Source of the DNA: Azolla caroliniana
Taxonomy: Eukaryota > Plantae > Polypodiophyta
Length of the DNA stretch: 64,000 nt
Reading direction: 5' to 3'
Assembly: GCA_043228905.1 (NCBI GenBank)
Contig: JBHGNT010000004.1
Coordinates: forward strand, 22,444,001-22,508,000
Below are positions 13,981-27,264 of this stretch, one piece after another. A model generated the notes under the pieces. The model did not search any database and was not told the origin of the DNA. It saw only the letters and a program-made list of their open reading frames with translations. Numbering within the stretch: position 1 is the stretch's first letter; every line of letters starts with the position of its first letter. A program made the translations under genes and the position numbers.

Positions 13981-14414
13981 TGTTACCGGCCGGCAAAGGA
14001 GTCCAGAGTGGGAAACGGAGAGCTAATTAAGTAGTAGGAATGTGGTTGTAATTAAGCTATGAGTGTGGACGGATGGACCGGAATCGGTATGCCGTTCCGG
14101 ATCCGGACCGATCCCGAACAGGTGCGGATGGCACCGTTTTGTAATACAGACCGGAAACCTATTTAAAGGCCCGGATACAATGTAATAGTTAGCGGTTAAT
14201 TAATGAAAGCTTAAGCGTTGTTATCTCTCTGTGTTAATTGCCGTTCTGTCTTAATTGTTATATCTTACGCGTGTTATTAAAGACGATCCTAATAAGTAAC
14301 TTAACTAAGTTGGATTAAGCATTGAAGTCTAATCCGGTTGCCGTAACACCCTTTGGTGAAGTGTCTCACGTAGACACCCTGTGTTAGGCCATTGTCTGGC
14401 CCGAAGAGTTAACA
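13981..14414 (+). repeat. B1 3' LTR
   Basis: Direct repeat of 911-1344, followed by TSD GAAAG. Confidence 0.95.
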
Positions 14415-14419
14415 GAAAG

Positions 14420-14872
14420 CTTACCGATACTTCTTGAAGGGAGGATTCCTTTGGCGACATCCAAAAAGAAGGACAGGAATACCACGTCGAGTGGTGGTAA
14501 AGAAAGAAGAGCAAGAGACGCTGATGACCGAATTCCACGAGAGTGCTTGGGCAGGTCATAGAGGAACATGGGCGACGTTCGAAAAGTTGAAGGAGAAGTA
14601 CTGGTGGCCAAGCATGTACAAAGATGTACTCCATTTCGTGTCCACATGCGAAACTTGCCAAGCATATTCAAATATACGTCATCGTGATGAGTTAAAGCCG
14701 ACATACCCACTCACCATACACTTCAAATGGATGGTGGATCTGGTCTCGATGCCAATGGGAGTGGGACAAATGAAGTACTTAGCGCTGGCAAGGGAAGACT
14801 TGACAAATCAAGTGGAAGGACGAGCCTTGACAAATAAGACGACTTCAGCCGTTTGCAAATTTCTACTTGAAG
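14420..14872 (+). pseudogene. Element A integrase N-terminal part, truncated by a deletion
   Basis: HHCC zinc finger (FHESAWAGH...CETC) and KWMVDLV match C pol; fused abruptly to the truncated E LTR at ~14872. Confidence 0.88.
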
Positions 14873-17800
14873 TCTATACAACTATGCTCAGTAGCACTAA
14901 TTATACAAGTCCTCGTGGGACTGACAAGAGTACCGCGTACTTCAATCCTCACACGAACATCTGACACTTACTACGAGACTATAACTGCCTAGTAGTCTAA
15001 ACTAATACTAGGCTTCCGGTTACCGATTGGATCCGGCTAACCGGCTCCCCAGCTCACCGGCTCAGTTGCTCACCGGCTTACCAATCCGTCTCGCTCACCG
15101 GCTCAGGCTTATCCAGCCGATCCGGCTCCAATTGAGCTTGCCGCTCAACACTCCCCCTCAAGCTCAACTTGAGGTTGGATCCTAGTGTCAGCCTCTGTGG
15201 CAGTCGGTTCTTCCAACCGACTTCTCCTGGTGTCGCTCCGCCTTGCTCGCGCTCCTCGTCTGGTCCAGTTCTGTTTGCCGCTCCTCGTCTGCTCAATAGG
15301 CCCAATTAAGCTCCCTTGCTACTGTGACTTCGACGCGTTCTGGTTTGCCGATTCCTTCGTGTTGGCATCGACTTTCACTGCCTTCTCGTCCTCTTGGCCT
15401 TGAATTGATCCGGTTCTTCCGAATCTATCTGTTGAACCGAATCGACTGTCTCCGATTCGTTCCATCTCTTGTCCGAATCGGTTGCTCCCGATTCGTCTTC
15501 TGGTTCCAAACCCTTCACCACAACGGACCATGTCCGGGTCTTGGCCTTCTTCCTTCGGTCGGTTCTGTCCTTCTTGACTCTGCCGCCGCTGCCGCTTGTT
15601 CCGACTTGTTCGGACGTGTCAACTTCCCTTGTCGACTCGGCTCCTTTCTTCTTCTTGACTCTCCCTTCGTCGGTTCTTCCCTCACCGGTGCAATTGGTAG
15701 TCTCTTTGCCTTTGCCCGTTCCGATGTCTTTGCCCGTTCTCCCCCTCAAGTGTGGCACATCGAGATGTTGAACACCAAGCATTTCGATGAAGTGTTGCAA
15801 CTTGTCCAATCCAAGTGGTTTGGTGAAGATGTCGGCAACTTGCCGATCCGCGTGAACATACTGAAGTTTGACCTCACTGCTCAGGACACGCTCACGCACG
15901 AAGTGATAGTGCACTTCTATGTGCTTTGTGCGAGCATGGAATACGGGGTTCTTGGCGAGTTGCATGCTGCTTATGTTGTCCCAGTAGACCAGAATCGGGG
16001 TCGGTACCTCGATTCGTAGGTCTTGCAGCAGTCGCTGAAGCCAAATGGCTTCACAGGTGGCAATGGTAGCGCCTCGATACTCAGCCTCAGTGCTCGACAG
16101 AGCAACTGTTGGTTGCTTTTTGCTGCTCCACGCAACAACCGCGCTACCTAGGGAAAACATGTAACCAAAGGTTGATTGGTGATCTGATGCATCTCCGGCC
16201 CAATCGACATCTGTGTAACCGACCAGCTCTTCGGGTATACCGCACCGGTATAATAGGCCCCAGTCCTTCGTGCCGCTTACATATCGCAGTATCCACTGCG
16301 CGCACTGAAGGTGCTCCATGGTCGGCTTCTGCATTAATTGACTTATCATTCCGACCGGATAGCTGATGTCGGGTCGCGTGATAATCAAGTAAATAAGGCT
16401 TCCGACAATTTGTCGCAACCGTTTCTCGTTGCAGGCTAGTCCGGAGTTGGGACGAAGCTTCTCGTTCTGGTCCAAGGGTGTGGAGACAGGTCGACATTCT
16501 GTCATGCCGAACTTGTATAGCATATTCAAGATGTAATGTTGTTGTGAGAGCAATATGTCGTCGGGGGTTCGGATCACCTCGATCCCAAGAAAATAATGAA
16601 GGTCCCCCAGGTCCTTCATCTCAAATGCGTCTGACAACTAGGACTTGACGTGGTTGACTTCTGGAAGACCCAGGCCGGTGATGACTAAATCATCAACATA
16701 TAGTAGGATACATACCGGACCGGTTGAGCCTTGCCGAATGAACAACGAAGAGTCGGACTTGGAGGCCACAAACCCCATCTTACGCAACTGGTGCGTGATC
16801 TTTGCATTCCAAGCTCGAGGGGCTTGCTTCAGGCCGTACAACGACTTCTTCAGCCAGCATACCGCCGACTTGTTCGTCTCCAATTGAAAACTGGGGGGCG
16901 GAGTCATAAAGACTTCTTCTTCAAGATCGCCCTAAAGAAACACATTCTTCACATCCATTTGGTGAAGATGCCACCCTCTTGCTGCTGCAACCACCAACAC
17001 CACATGAACCGTTGTCATCTTGGCTACCGGAGTGAAGGTCTCGTCGTACTCGATTCTGTGGGTCTGCGTGTATCCCTTCGCCACTAACTGGGCCTTGTAC
17101 CGGTTAACTGAACCGTTAGCGTTATACTTTACCTTGTACACCCACTTGCATCCGATCAGTTTACAGTGATGGGGAGGGTCAACTAAGTCCCATGTCTCGT
17201 TGACATCAAGTGCCCGCATTTCTTCCTCCATAGCGGCACGCCAATTTGCGTCCTTTGCCGCTTCTGCGTAGCTCTCCGGCTCACGCACTTCTGCCAGCTT
17301 AGTCATGTACGCATGGTGATGCGCCATGTACTCATTGTACCCATACCGCGTGATGGGATCCTTCTGGCGGGTGGACCGGTGTAACTCACCGTTACCCGGT
17401 TTAAGGCCTTTCTTGGCCGGTTCGGTCTTCGTTGCCGAAGATCCGCCTTTCTCCTTGCCGGAGTCGGATACACATCGATCTAACTCATCGTTGTCGGTTT
17501 CGAATTCCGACATCTTTTTCTTCCCTTTCTCTTTGCGCGTGAACCGTCTCCTCGGTTCCTTGCGCGGGGAGAGCACGACAGAGTCTCCACTACTCGCCGG
17601 TTCCTCATCGGATTGGTTAGATTGACTCAGTCTCTCGTTCGGCCCGCTCAACCGAAACGATTCCGGACTCTCATCCTGAGTCCACGCTTCATCATTATCT
17701 ACCTGGGCCGGTTCAGGCGCACTAGCCTCATCCTCCGGCATGGGGTCAGATTCAAAAGTCGGAGCCGGTAAGGAGTACCACGATGCCGATTCAGCGAACT

Positions 17801-20513
17801 CGACATCTCGACAAACTCAGACCTGCTTTTTCCGAGGGTTATAACACTTATAACCCTTTTGCTCTTGAGCATAGCCGACTAGGATGCATTTTTCCGATTT
17901 TGCATCCAACTTCCTTCGCTTCTCATCCGGTACATGCACATATGCAATGCTACCAAACATCTTAAGGTGTCTCAAATTTGGCTTGCGCCCGAAATATAGC
18001 TCATGAACTGACACCTTGTCACCGATCCGGTTCTGGATGTAGACAACCGTTTGGACTGCCTCCGCCTAGTAGAATTTGGGCATGCTCTTCTCCTCCAGCA
18101 TTGCCCTTGCCGCATCAATAAGTGACCGGTTCTTCCTCTTGGCAACACCGTTCTGTTGCGGTGTGTATCTGCAGCTGAACTCTCTCCGAATTCCCTTTTG
18201 CTGCAGATAACTGTTGAATTGGCCGGAAAAGTATTCTTTTCCGCCATCCGACCACAGGCATTTGATCTTCCTCTCCGATTCCCGTTCCACCATGCTTTGG
18301 AGACTCCGGAAACACTCGAAGACTTCACCCTTCCGCTCAATGAGGTAGATCCATGTGTGCTGCGTATAGTCGTCGATAAAAGAGATGAAATATCGACTCC
18401 CGCCAAGACTAACATTCTGTGCCGGTCCGGACACATCCGAATGGATAAGGTCAAGCTTGTTACGGCTCTGGTTACGTTCGGTAGGGAATGGAAGCCGGTG
18501 TTGCTTCCTGAGTTGGCAGGCTTCACATACTTAGGCCTTCCGGCCGCTAAACTTCGGCAAATCGAAAACAACTTGTTTCGCTTGCAGGTCTTGAAGCCTT
18601 CGGTAATTGACGTGGCCTATCCGCTTGTGCCACAGGTCGATGTCCGATTCGACCTTCTATCCTTTTGCAAACAGAGTGGTACCGACGTCGTTGGCGTCGA
18701 GGATAAACATCCTCCTGTCTCTGCGCCCTTGTGCAATAATCTGGCCCTCTTCCTCGATGAAGCACCCGAGGTGCGTAAACTGCACCTGCATCCCTTGGTC
18801 GACGATCTGTCCGATCAACACTAGGTTCTTCGTGATTGTCGAAACGTGTAATACGTTCATCAGCTTCCCCTTCTGTCCGACGTGGCTCAAAGGGACTTCT
18901 CCGACTTGCACGATTGGGTGAGAAGTGTCGTCTCCGGTTTTGACTACTCCTGGTTGATCCGGTTTCTCCAAAAAGGAGAACCACTCTTTGTGGCTCATCA
19001 TGTGGTTCGACGCACCGGAATCAACATACCACACTTTCTCCGATTTGGAAGTGGTCTTCTTCATGGAGTTTGCCTCGTGCTTCATCACCAAGCTGGCATG
19101 TTACCGTTCTTGGATCCTCCCGATCCCTTCGCGTAGTGCGAGCTTTGCCGACCATCCTTGTCGGCCTTGCCAAATCCGGATTTATCTGACTCAGCGCGTT
19201 TTCTCCAGCACTCGCTTTCTCTATGGCCCTTTTTGCCACAGTACCAACATTCTGTTGCAGTCTTCTCTTGCCATCTACCGGTGCCGGCATGACTCCCCCT
19301 GCTTCCGGAGGGTTCGGAATTGTTGTCGACACGTTCTCTGTGCCTTTGTTCCTGGTCTTGCCGGCCATCTCTATGGCGTGCCGACCCGCCTCGTCCACCA
19401 CGCCCATGGGACCGATCCGCTTCCGTGTACAGCATCCGGCTATCAATGGGTGCGCTAGTTGATGCACCGGCGTGGTTCTCCTCTACAAGGAGCATCGACT
19501 GTAAGTCGAAAAATGACGACGTATTCTCCCTTGTACACACTGCCGTTCGGAACGCTCTGAACTTAGACGCCAGGCCCCCAAGATAGACCTGCACCATCTC
19601 GTCTTCCTCTACGGTAACGTTGATAGAGGCAAGCGAGTCACATATCTCTTTGATCCGGGCGGTTTAATCTGCCACCGACATTTCCTTCTGTCGGACATTG
19701 CTCAACTCCTGTCGTAGTTGCAGCTTCCGGGTTGTAGTGCTCGTGGCGAAAACCTTCTTCAGGTTTCCCCAAGCCTCCTTCGGAGTCTTGGCGTCTCGGA
19801 TGTGGCTCAGCAGTTGGTCTCCGACACTGGATGCGAAGTAGTACATCACTCTGCTTGCCGATTGTTCCCACACTGGGAAATCCTTATGTGCCGCATCAGG
19901 TGCTGTTTTGTTGGCTCCTTCGACGAAACTCCAGTAGCCATGCCCAAGCAGGTACTGGTGCATCTTGTACAACCAAGATGCGTAGTTGGATCTGTCGAGT
20001 TTCTCCACAGGGAGCGAGCTAGCCATTCCTCTATCCATCACTTCTCTGTCTAGTGTTCTTACGATCTGTTAGGGTTTGCTTTCAAGCGTTTGTCGGCTGC
20101 AGAGGTTCTCAACCCTCGTGCTCTGATACCATGAAAACGATTACTTGTGGAAGCGTTAGAAAACAGAGAAAGCAGAGAATACACAGAGTACACGGGAGAG
20201 ACAAAGAGAGCAGAACGTAAAAGCTATATTCAAAACAATATAAACACTCTGTCTATACAACTATGCTCAATAGCACTATTTATACAAGTCCTCATGGGAT
20301 TGACAAGAGTACCGCGTACTTCAATGATCACATGAGCATCAGACACTTACTACAAGACTATAACTGCCTAGTAGTCTAAACTAATACTAGGCTTCTGGTT
20401 ACCGACTGGATCCGGGTAACCAGCTCCCCAGCTCACTGGCTTACCGATCCGTCTCGCTCACCGGCTCAGGCTTATCCAGCCGATCCGGCTCCAGTTGAGC
20501 TTGCCGCTCAACA
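14872..20513 (-). mobile_element. Ty1/Copia LTR retrotransposon E (degenerate), 3' LTR truncated
   Basis: 5' LTR 20132-20513, partial 3' LTR 14872-15150; PBS TGGTATCAGAGC (20131-20120) abutting the LTR; PPT at 15162-15151. Confidence 0.92.
15375..20038 (-). pseudogene. E gag-pol (stops and frameshifts) with a charged C-terminal extension after RNase H
   Basis: EKLDRSNYASW gag, CWYCGKKGH, YVDSGAS, integrase YFISFIDD, RT YVDD, RNase H KHIEVHYHF. Confidence 0.9.
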
Positions 20514-20982
20514 TTCTAATATAATTTCCATGGTCATACGCCATGGTTGATAGTTTTTATCATTTAATTTTTCAATGTGATAAGTGCGAGACGATACCTA
20601 GGTGGCATTTGCTGCCACATTTGCTATCACTCCACCATTTGACATGGTCGAAAAACTTTTCTTTAATTCACACGTTCGTTATTAACACCGTGACACAATT
20701 CTTGGTGGGGTTGGACTCCTTCACTACTCTGATACCATGTGGAAAATAAGGAAATATGGAATGGAAAGAGAGGGAGAGAGAGAGAGAGAAAAAGAGAAGA
20801 AGAAAACTTAATTGAATGATAGTTTCTGTCTCTCTCTTACAACCAACCGACCACACAGAGAGGAAATGTGGTGGTTATAGGTGCACCCTATTTTTGGGGT
20901 GCACCTTTTCATATCATAAGGTTACATTTTTATTATTTAGTTTCCTATTTATTTATTCTACACTAATTAGTTTATTACAACA
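20514..20982 (-). mobile_element. Copia relic F: 5' LTR (20738-20982), tRNA-iMet PBS (20737-20727) and gag start; host of E
   Basis: Minus-strand TGTTG...CCACA LTR, then TGGTATCAGAG, then a frameshifted IEKLNDKNYQPWRMTMEIILE Copia gag N-terminus ending at the E LTR. Confidence 0.75.
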
Positions 20983-20989
20983 CAGACGA

Positions 20990-21290
20990 AGAGATTTCCG
21001 ACACAAGCAGAGCTCGATCAACTTACCATCCCAGTTCCTGCTTCCTTCGAGTAAATTAAGCGAGAAATTTGTCAAGTTATTACACCGGCGAGTTGCACAA
21101 AGAGTGTTGGATGCAGCAATTATTCTACGCAGCATATCAAGAGCCATATGAAACGGTGCCCCGATTCGTCATCCGAATTCAGAACCTTCAAAAACAGCTG
21201 ACGTGACGTGACCACCACCAAAAGAGGAGCGATTGCAATGATCGACTTCAACGTCGACACCATCGCGCAAGTCATCGAAAAGGACCATAT
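20990..21290 (+). pseudogene. Decayed gag fragment of a B-related (Athila-like) element
   Basis: Translates to QLFYAAYQEPYETVPRFVIRIQ and IDFNVDTIAQVIE, similar to B gag GLFYTIRQEAGESIPQFVIRFQ and VDFRTSTIDQVID. Confidence 0.65.
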
Positions 21291-21903
21291 TGGATATGGA
21301 TTAGATAGGGTTCCCTTCACTCATCTCACCCTCTTCACTCTCCATTGCTCTCATGCCTTTCTCGCTCAACTATCATGCTTTTCACATTTCTCGCGCATCA
21401 ACAATTAAAAACAAATCTTAGGTATGTTAGAAACAATATCGATTGATTCACGATTTAACGTTTGAAAGTTATGTACATATTATTATTGTACAAAAATTGA
21501 AGAAAGGATTGGTTGACAAGTAAAGGCATATTTAAAAAATATACAACTAAATATTAGTGCCGTGTAAGTTATGGTAACATTGAACTCTAAATTGTTACAT
21601 AGAATTATATACATAAATATTATGAGAGATGCTCACACAATATAGGATTTGGTGGAGGGAATTATTTTGTAGGGTGTTTGTGGCCATTAAATTACATGTG
21701 GCTATCTCTTGACTTGAAGTCTAATCGTACAAGACAATTATAATACAAAGCTTATAATTACAATATATGTATATGTCATGATAAACCCTAGGCAATTGCT
21801 ATGTTTTACCAAAGGTATCACACCGGACAAGACAAGTCTGCCTAAACAATTGCCCTAGTTCGGAAACGATGTGTAGTGAATGCAATGTGTCAAGGAGCCT
21901 GAA

Positions 21904-23603
21904 CTAAATTTTTGTAGGTACAACAATGAGAGGATGGACACGACAGCAAATAAGTCCACATTTGTCAGACATGTCCAAGGAATGGTGGCCAGGGGGGAGC
22001 ATGAGCTTCCAATCGTCGAAGGCATGAACTAGGTTCGCGAGTGTCATCTCGACGGTAGGCAAGGCGAGGTTCATACCAGGACAAATCCTTCTCCCCGAGC
22101 CAAATGGAAGGACCTCAAAATGTTTGCCTTTGACATCAATAGAGGAGTTACAACCATTAGACATGAAGCGGTCCGGCAGAAACATGTCGGGATCATCCTT
22201 CCATATGTCGGGGTCGTGTCCGATGGCCCATAAATTGATGAGGACCGTGGTTCCTTTGGGGATCCTATAGCCACCCACATCTTCACAGGCATCAAGGGAC
22301 ATGTGTGGGAGCAATAATGGTGTAGGAGGGTGCATCCGGAATGTTTCCTTGACGACAGCTCTCAGGTATGGCAAGTGTGGGATGTCTGAGACCTCTACTA
22401 CATCTCGTTCTCGTCCAACCACAATATTGAGCTCATCTCGAAGCTTTCCCATGACACTTGGATTTGACAATAGTTCGCCCATCGCCCAATCTATGGTCGT
22501 GCTCGTTGTCTCAACCCCCGCCCCCAACAACTCCTGCAAATGCAAAACAACATAGTTTTTTCTTTTTTATTTATTTTAAAAGTGTGTGCTAAGTTTGTTA
22601 TATATATATATATATAGCCTAAATATGTAAATATATAAAGGTAGGTCCGTCCGCCCTCTTGGTGAGCTGATTGACTCACCATTATGCGAGCCTTCACTAA
22701 CCCTCTGCTAAATTTGTTCTCCGGCAACAGGAAGGCATCTAGGATGTCTTTAACCAACTCCTGACTGCTTATCACACCCTTCTCCTCCCGCTCAGCGATG
22801 ATCTGTTCCGTGAAATCGTCGAACCACGAATACGACTTCTTCATCGAAGCCTTTGCGTTGTAGTCGAGAAAACCAAGCGAGGGTAGGAATTCGCCGATAA
22901 GGGGAGCAGCAAGTAAATCCCCAAGTTCCTCAATGCGTTGTTTGCATATAACTGTGGACTTGGTGGAACATTCAGACCTTTGACGGTCGATGATACGCCA
23001 CATGATGTCCACCATGAGGTTCCCAATGCAAGCAGTGAGATTAATGGCATGGCCAGCATTGCTAGCAGGGATAAGGTGAGTCTGAATGAGGCGACGGATC
23101 TCATGGGAGACGATGCCCGAATGGAACTCTTCGATATGGTGTGGGGCAAAGATGTGGTCGATGTAGGCCTTCCGTGCCGCTCTCCATTCGTTGCTATAAG
23201 GGAGGAAAGTAACCAGCTTCTCGCCGAACTCGCGGCCGAGGAGGAGCCTGGCCTGGGGGGAGGGCGGGCGGCTCGCGAACGTCTTGTCATGCGTGTGGAG
23301 GAGCGCACGAGCCAGGGATGGGCTCGACACCACGATCAAGGGCCTGGATGCGAGTCGAAGGAGGAAGATGGGACCATATTTCGTGGCGAGGCCCGCGAGG
23401 TATCGATGCCGAGTCGTGCCCCCCATCATGAGGTGTGGAATGTTGCCAAGAACAGGGAATGCAAAGGGCCCTGGGGGAACAAGCCTACTACTACTACTAC
23501 TACTACCGTATCTCCTCCTCCATTCATGCCCTGCCCATAACGCGGCCAGTACTACTAAAGAAGCTATGCAAATGTACGCCAATAATAATAATAATGTCTC
23601 CAT
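21904..23603 (-). CDS. Cytochrome P450, CYP71 clan (A-type); exons 23603-22680 and 22533-21904, ~517 aa
   Basis: N-terminal membrane anchor, PPGP hinge, WRAAR C-helix, AGVETTS I-helix, KETFR, PDRF and heme motif FGSGRRICPG. GT-AG phase-0 intron 22679-22534 at the conserved A-type position. No stops. Confidence 0.93.
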
Positions 23604-23624
23604 TATAATTCAATCCCTCCCTCA

Positions 23625-23626
<2 letters not shown>

Positions 23627-23686
<60 letters not shown>
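23627..23686. repeat. Compound (CA)n(CT)n microsatellite in the P450 5' UTR or proximal promoter
   Basis: Seen directly, starting 24 bp upstream of the ATG. Confidence 0.95.
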
Positions 23687-23688
<2 letters not shown>

Positions 23689-26547
23689 GTAATAAGAATG
23701 CTTGAGTTGTGAAGGAAAGGGGGTGCTTTTATCGTGCGCATTGAGGGGAGAGCACAGTAGCTTGACAAAATAAGTAACTAGACAACATCTCAAATGCTGA
23801 CAAAATAAGTAAGTTGATAAAAGAGAGAGAGAGAGAGAGGTGTGAAGGATAAAAAGACATGAATAAAAAGAGAGAGAGAGGTACAAGAACACACGCGTCT
23901 AATTTCATTTCCCACAAGAAGAATAGAAATTTAAGAAAGAAGAATATTGGCACAAGAATATGACTCATGAGGATCTCATTCAGATTAAGTAAGATGGACG
24001 TGCCACCATCATCAATTAAGTCACGTGAATTGACTCTGTTGAGTTGCCTTAATAACATAGAATTCATACGTGGCCAAATTCTCAGCCCCTACCACACAAC
24101 CTTTCGTGTCATTCCCTTCTGTCCAGAACGCACACCTTATCTCCTCCATGATGGTTGGCTTAAGTTCCATAGTACATAAAATTCGTGTTCGCCTAGCATA
24201 ACATTAGTTTGGTGTCTCCTTCCGCACTAAATCCATGAGCAGCATGCATTTTACACATCATCGTCAAAAATTATACTTCACAAAACATAGCATGTGGTCC
24301 TAAATCAATCTAACCCATAGATAGATAGCTTCTCCAACATACACGTTACTCATGATCGCTTTTGCCAAGAAGATAAGATAGATTGTCCACGCCCCGATTT
24401 AGGTAAACTCACAAACCCCTCTTTTTTTCATTACCCCTCCTTTGAGGACGAGTATCTATGAGTTGTATGTAATGCATAAATTGGAACTTGAACTTATTAG
24501 GTCTACATTCGACCATTGGGGGTATAGAATAACCAATGCATGAGGCACCTATAATACATATAGATTGTTATTCACAACCTTGGAATCCAAAGCAATCAAA
24601 ACTTCAACTTGAGTTCTAGGACATCAACAAGTTCAATTGGAGGTGGGGGGGTAGAACAACTTGATTCGCAACGGAGCTAGAAGCATATCTATACTTCCTT
24701 ATATGAGACATGGAACTTTGAATTGCGATGCATATGTGGATGGAGGGTAAAAATAACATGTCTAAGAAAACAAAAACTTGTCTAAATCTAGTTGACATGA
24801 AAGTTATAACAATGAAAAAAATGATCACTACATATCAAGGAATCGACAAAAATTAGATAAACAAGATGAATGAAAGGCTCTATTTTGAATGAATATATAG
24901 AGTAAAACAATGGCATTTAATTCATGGTCGTTGTGACAAGGTTGTGTTCTACAAAGAAGAAGGGAAATTTAACATTGTTCAATCAAGATATATTGTGGTT
25001 GGCAACACAATAATATTGTGCAGAAGAACATTTCGTGAAAATGGATGTGGAGCCAGGAAAAGAAAGATATTGAATGCTTCCAAAAATCGTCTTTCAATCT
25101 TTATTGTAGTTGAAAAGTCACCATTTGTTGATATGAGCTAAAAGTTTTGTCATAACTTCCTTTTTTGTTCATGATATTTGCCAAAGACTTTATAAACTCA
25201 AAAAGTAACTTAATAATGAGGTAGAAAACGTGCATATTTTTCAATTTAAATCAAAGAAAACTTGCATATTTGTTGTTAAATCTATTTTCTTCATTAAATA
25301 ATGTGGCATAATTGATAAACATTTCAATGTTTTCATACATGAGGGTAGATGCACCGTCTAAAACTCTGTTGCAAAATTCTTAGTTTCATGACTTCTTTCT
25401 TTAAAGGAACATGTGAATCCTATCCATCTCATATTTTACGTGGTGTCACTTACTTCGAAGATTCGACTAAACTAAGTCTTCTCTCCCTCACTAAACAAAT
25501 GATCGCATGTCTTATACCATAATGTTAAGTAGATCTATAGCATGTGGCACACATGTCGTGAAGATATGCGCACCAACAAGGAATGCCAAGCAACTAGCTT
25601 ACAAAAAGGGGAATAGAATAATCCAAGCAAGAGGGAATGGAAGCGAATGGGCAGCCTAGTTTGAAACGGCCACACGTATATTGTAAAAGCTTTAAAAATC
25701 ACTTTGTAGTGTCTTTTATGCTTCTTCTTCAATCTTGAGAGTTTCTCCTAGTGATTAATGCTTAAAGCCTCATTTTCTATTTCCATAATTGTAATTAAGA
25801 GCTAAGAGAGATTAATGATAGTGATTAGTAAACCAAGCTCCAATCTCTCTCTCTTGATGGTGCTCAACCTCTTTGTACTAAGATTGGTGATAATAAGATA
25901 TTATATTCATTTTCACTTCTTTGTGTAAGCATACGAGAGAGTAAGAGAGATATTAATATTAATCACATAATGTTAAGTAAGCTAGTAGCTCAGATGTACT
26001 TCACAATTACCTCTGCCAGGTTTGCCACCATAAGGGCATACACCAGTCCGAATCCTAGCCCAACGACGTCGACAGGAAGCAAAACTCCATTGATCTATTG
26101 AAGTGCGTCTGTACGACACCTCTATTTGGTGTCGTTGTTGGGGATAAGATCAATGCATGAAGCTATCGACAAGCTCTACGTAAGCTTACGAGGTAAGCCA
26201 ATTAGTGAGGAAGAGATTAAGAAAGTGAAACCTACTATTTGTTTTACATAGATTAAATTTTTGTTCACTTAATATTTTGTTATCTAATTTTTTATTATCT
26301 AATTTTCCTTAATCATCCGAACATTAGCACACTAAACATCCATTTTTTACTGATCGTTTGGCAATAATTAGTTACTTTCAAATTAAAGTAAAACTAGTTT
26401 CATTAGCGTTGAACGTTATTCAAGATAATTGACACATCCAATCTGGCGATTGGCACAAAATCTTAAGTTTGATGCCAAACTTTTCAAAGCGGTAACCGTC
26501 ACAAATGAGCATTCAACAAACGAACACTTGACAAGCGAGTGTTCGAC

Positions 26548-27264
26548 TGTCACGGACGAGTAGAATAGAGCAGATCCAAGACGAGACTAAGTACTACGAG
26601 GGAGAATAGACAAGTGAAAAGAACAAGAACTCAACTTATGTTTCCGTAACTGTTGTTGTTCACCTTGATTAGAATCAAGGTATACTTGAGTATTTAAATA
26701 CAAGAAGGTAGAGGTATGCATGCAAGCTAGGAATAGAGAATGGATGAGGATGCATGCAAGCTAGGAAACTTCTAATGTTCAATCTAGAATACATCAAGTT
26801 GGATTTTATATAAGGATGCATAGATGGACGTCGCCTAATTGGTAGGGTTGCCCACTGGAGACCTCGAAGGTCATGGGTTCAACCCCTACCTTCCATCGTG
26901 GCATGGCATCTAGTTCACTTCATATATATGTCTACGACATTATCCTCCCTTTAAGGCCACCTCCCAAGACCCACGCGGTTAGCTTCTATAGGTACCGTTG
27001 ATGAAAAGACCGAATGACCCCTAGAGCATTTTGTAAATGTGTAACTGGTTCCCATGTGGTGTCCGAAATGGGGTAACCTTTCCATAAGACCAAATATTGA
27101 AGTTGTCCACGACGCAAGTGAGAGTCGAGGATTTAGGTAACCTCGTACTCCTCCCCTGTCGATGATTCCACAAGCGGTGATGGAGAAGGTTGTCATCCCG
27201 GAATTCGAGAAGGATGGTAGAGTTCGAGGTCCAAAAAACCGTGTAAAACATTGTGAATCTTGAA
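26548..27264 (-). mobile_element. Chromovirus G relic: chromodomain, PPT and 3' LTR (26548-26939)
   Basis: Minus-strand EEYEV.ILDS.LRRGQLQYLVLWKGYPISDTTWEP chromodomain; PPT AAAGGGAGGATAA; LTR TGTCG...TGACA; interrupted by the H LTR at 27265. Confidence 0.8.
26831..26890 (+). promoter_or_regulatory. tRNA-derived Pol III A-box/B-box module in G LTR (antisense to the element)
   Basis: TCGCCTAATTGG...AAGGTCATGGGTTCAACCCCTAC; T8-to-T54 spacing 47 nt. Confidence 0.7.

Larger units (their letters stand above)
911..14414 (+). mobile_element. Ty3/Gypsy LTR retrotransposon B1 (Athila-like, RT/RNase H deleted, extra 3' ORF), inserted in A and itself interrupted by D1
   Basis: 434-bp LTRs TGTTA...TAACA at 911-1344 and 13981-14414; 5-bp TSD GAAAG at 906-910 and 14415-14419; PBS; gag, protease and integrase motifs. 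Confidence 0.95.

Noticed and set aside
14861-14865. TTCTA matching the 5 bp right of element E (20514-20518) as a TSD
   Set aside because: It lies 7 nt from a deletion junction inside A coding sequence, and the true E terminus is missing, so the match is coincidental.
21788-21858. Small inverted repeat downstream of the P450 stop as a MITE
   Set aside because: Only ~11-bp imperfect arms and no clear TSD.
25990-26220. Possible exon or zinc-knuckle relic upstream of the P450
   Set aside because: Short, interrupted by stops, and the two strands give competing weak readings.
26521-26545. Hairpin CGAACACTTG/CGAGTGTTCG as a Helitron 3' end
   Set aside because: No CTRR terminus at the expected distance on either strand.
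26824-26896. Functional tRNA genes in the chromovirus LTRs
   Set aside because: Acceptor and anticodon stems do not pair, so these are reported only as tRNA-derived promoter modules.
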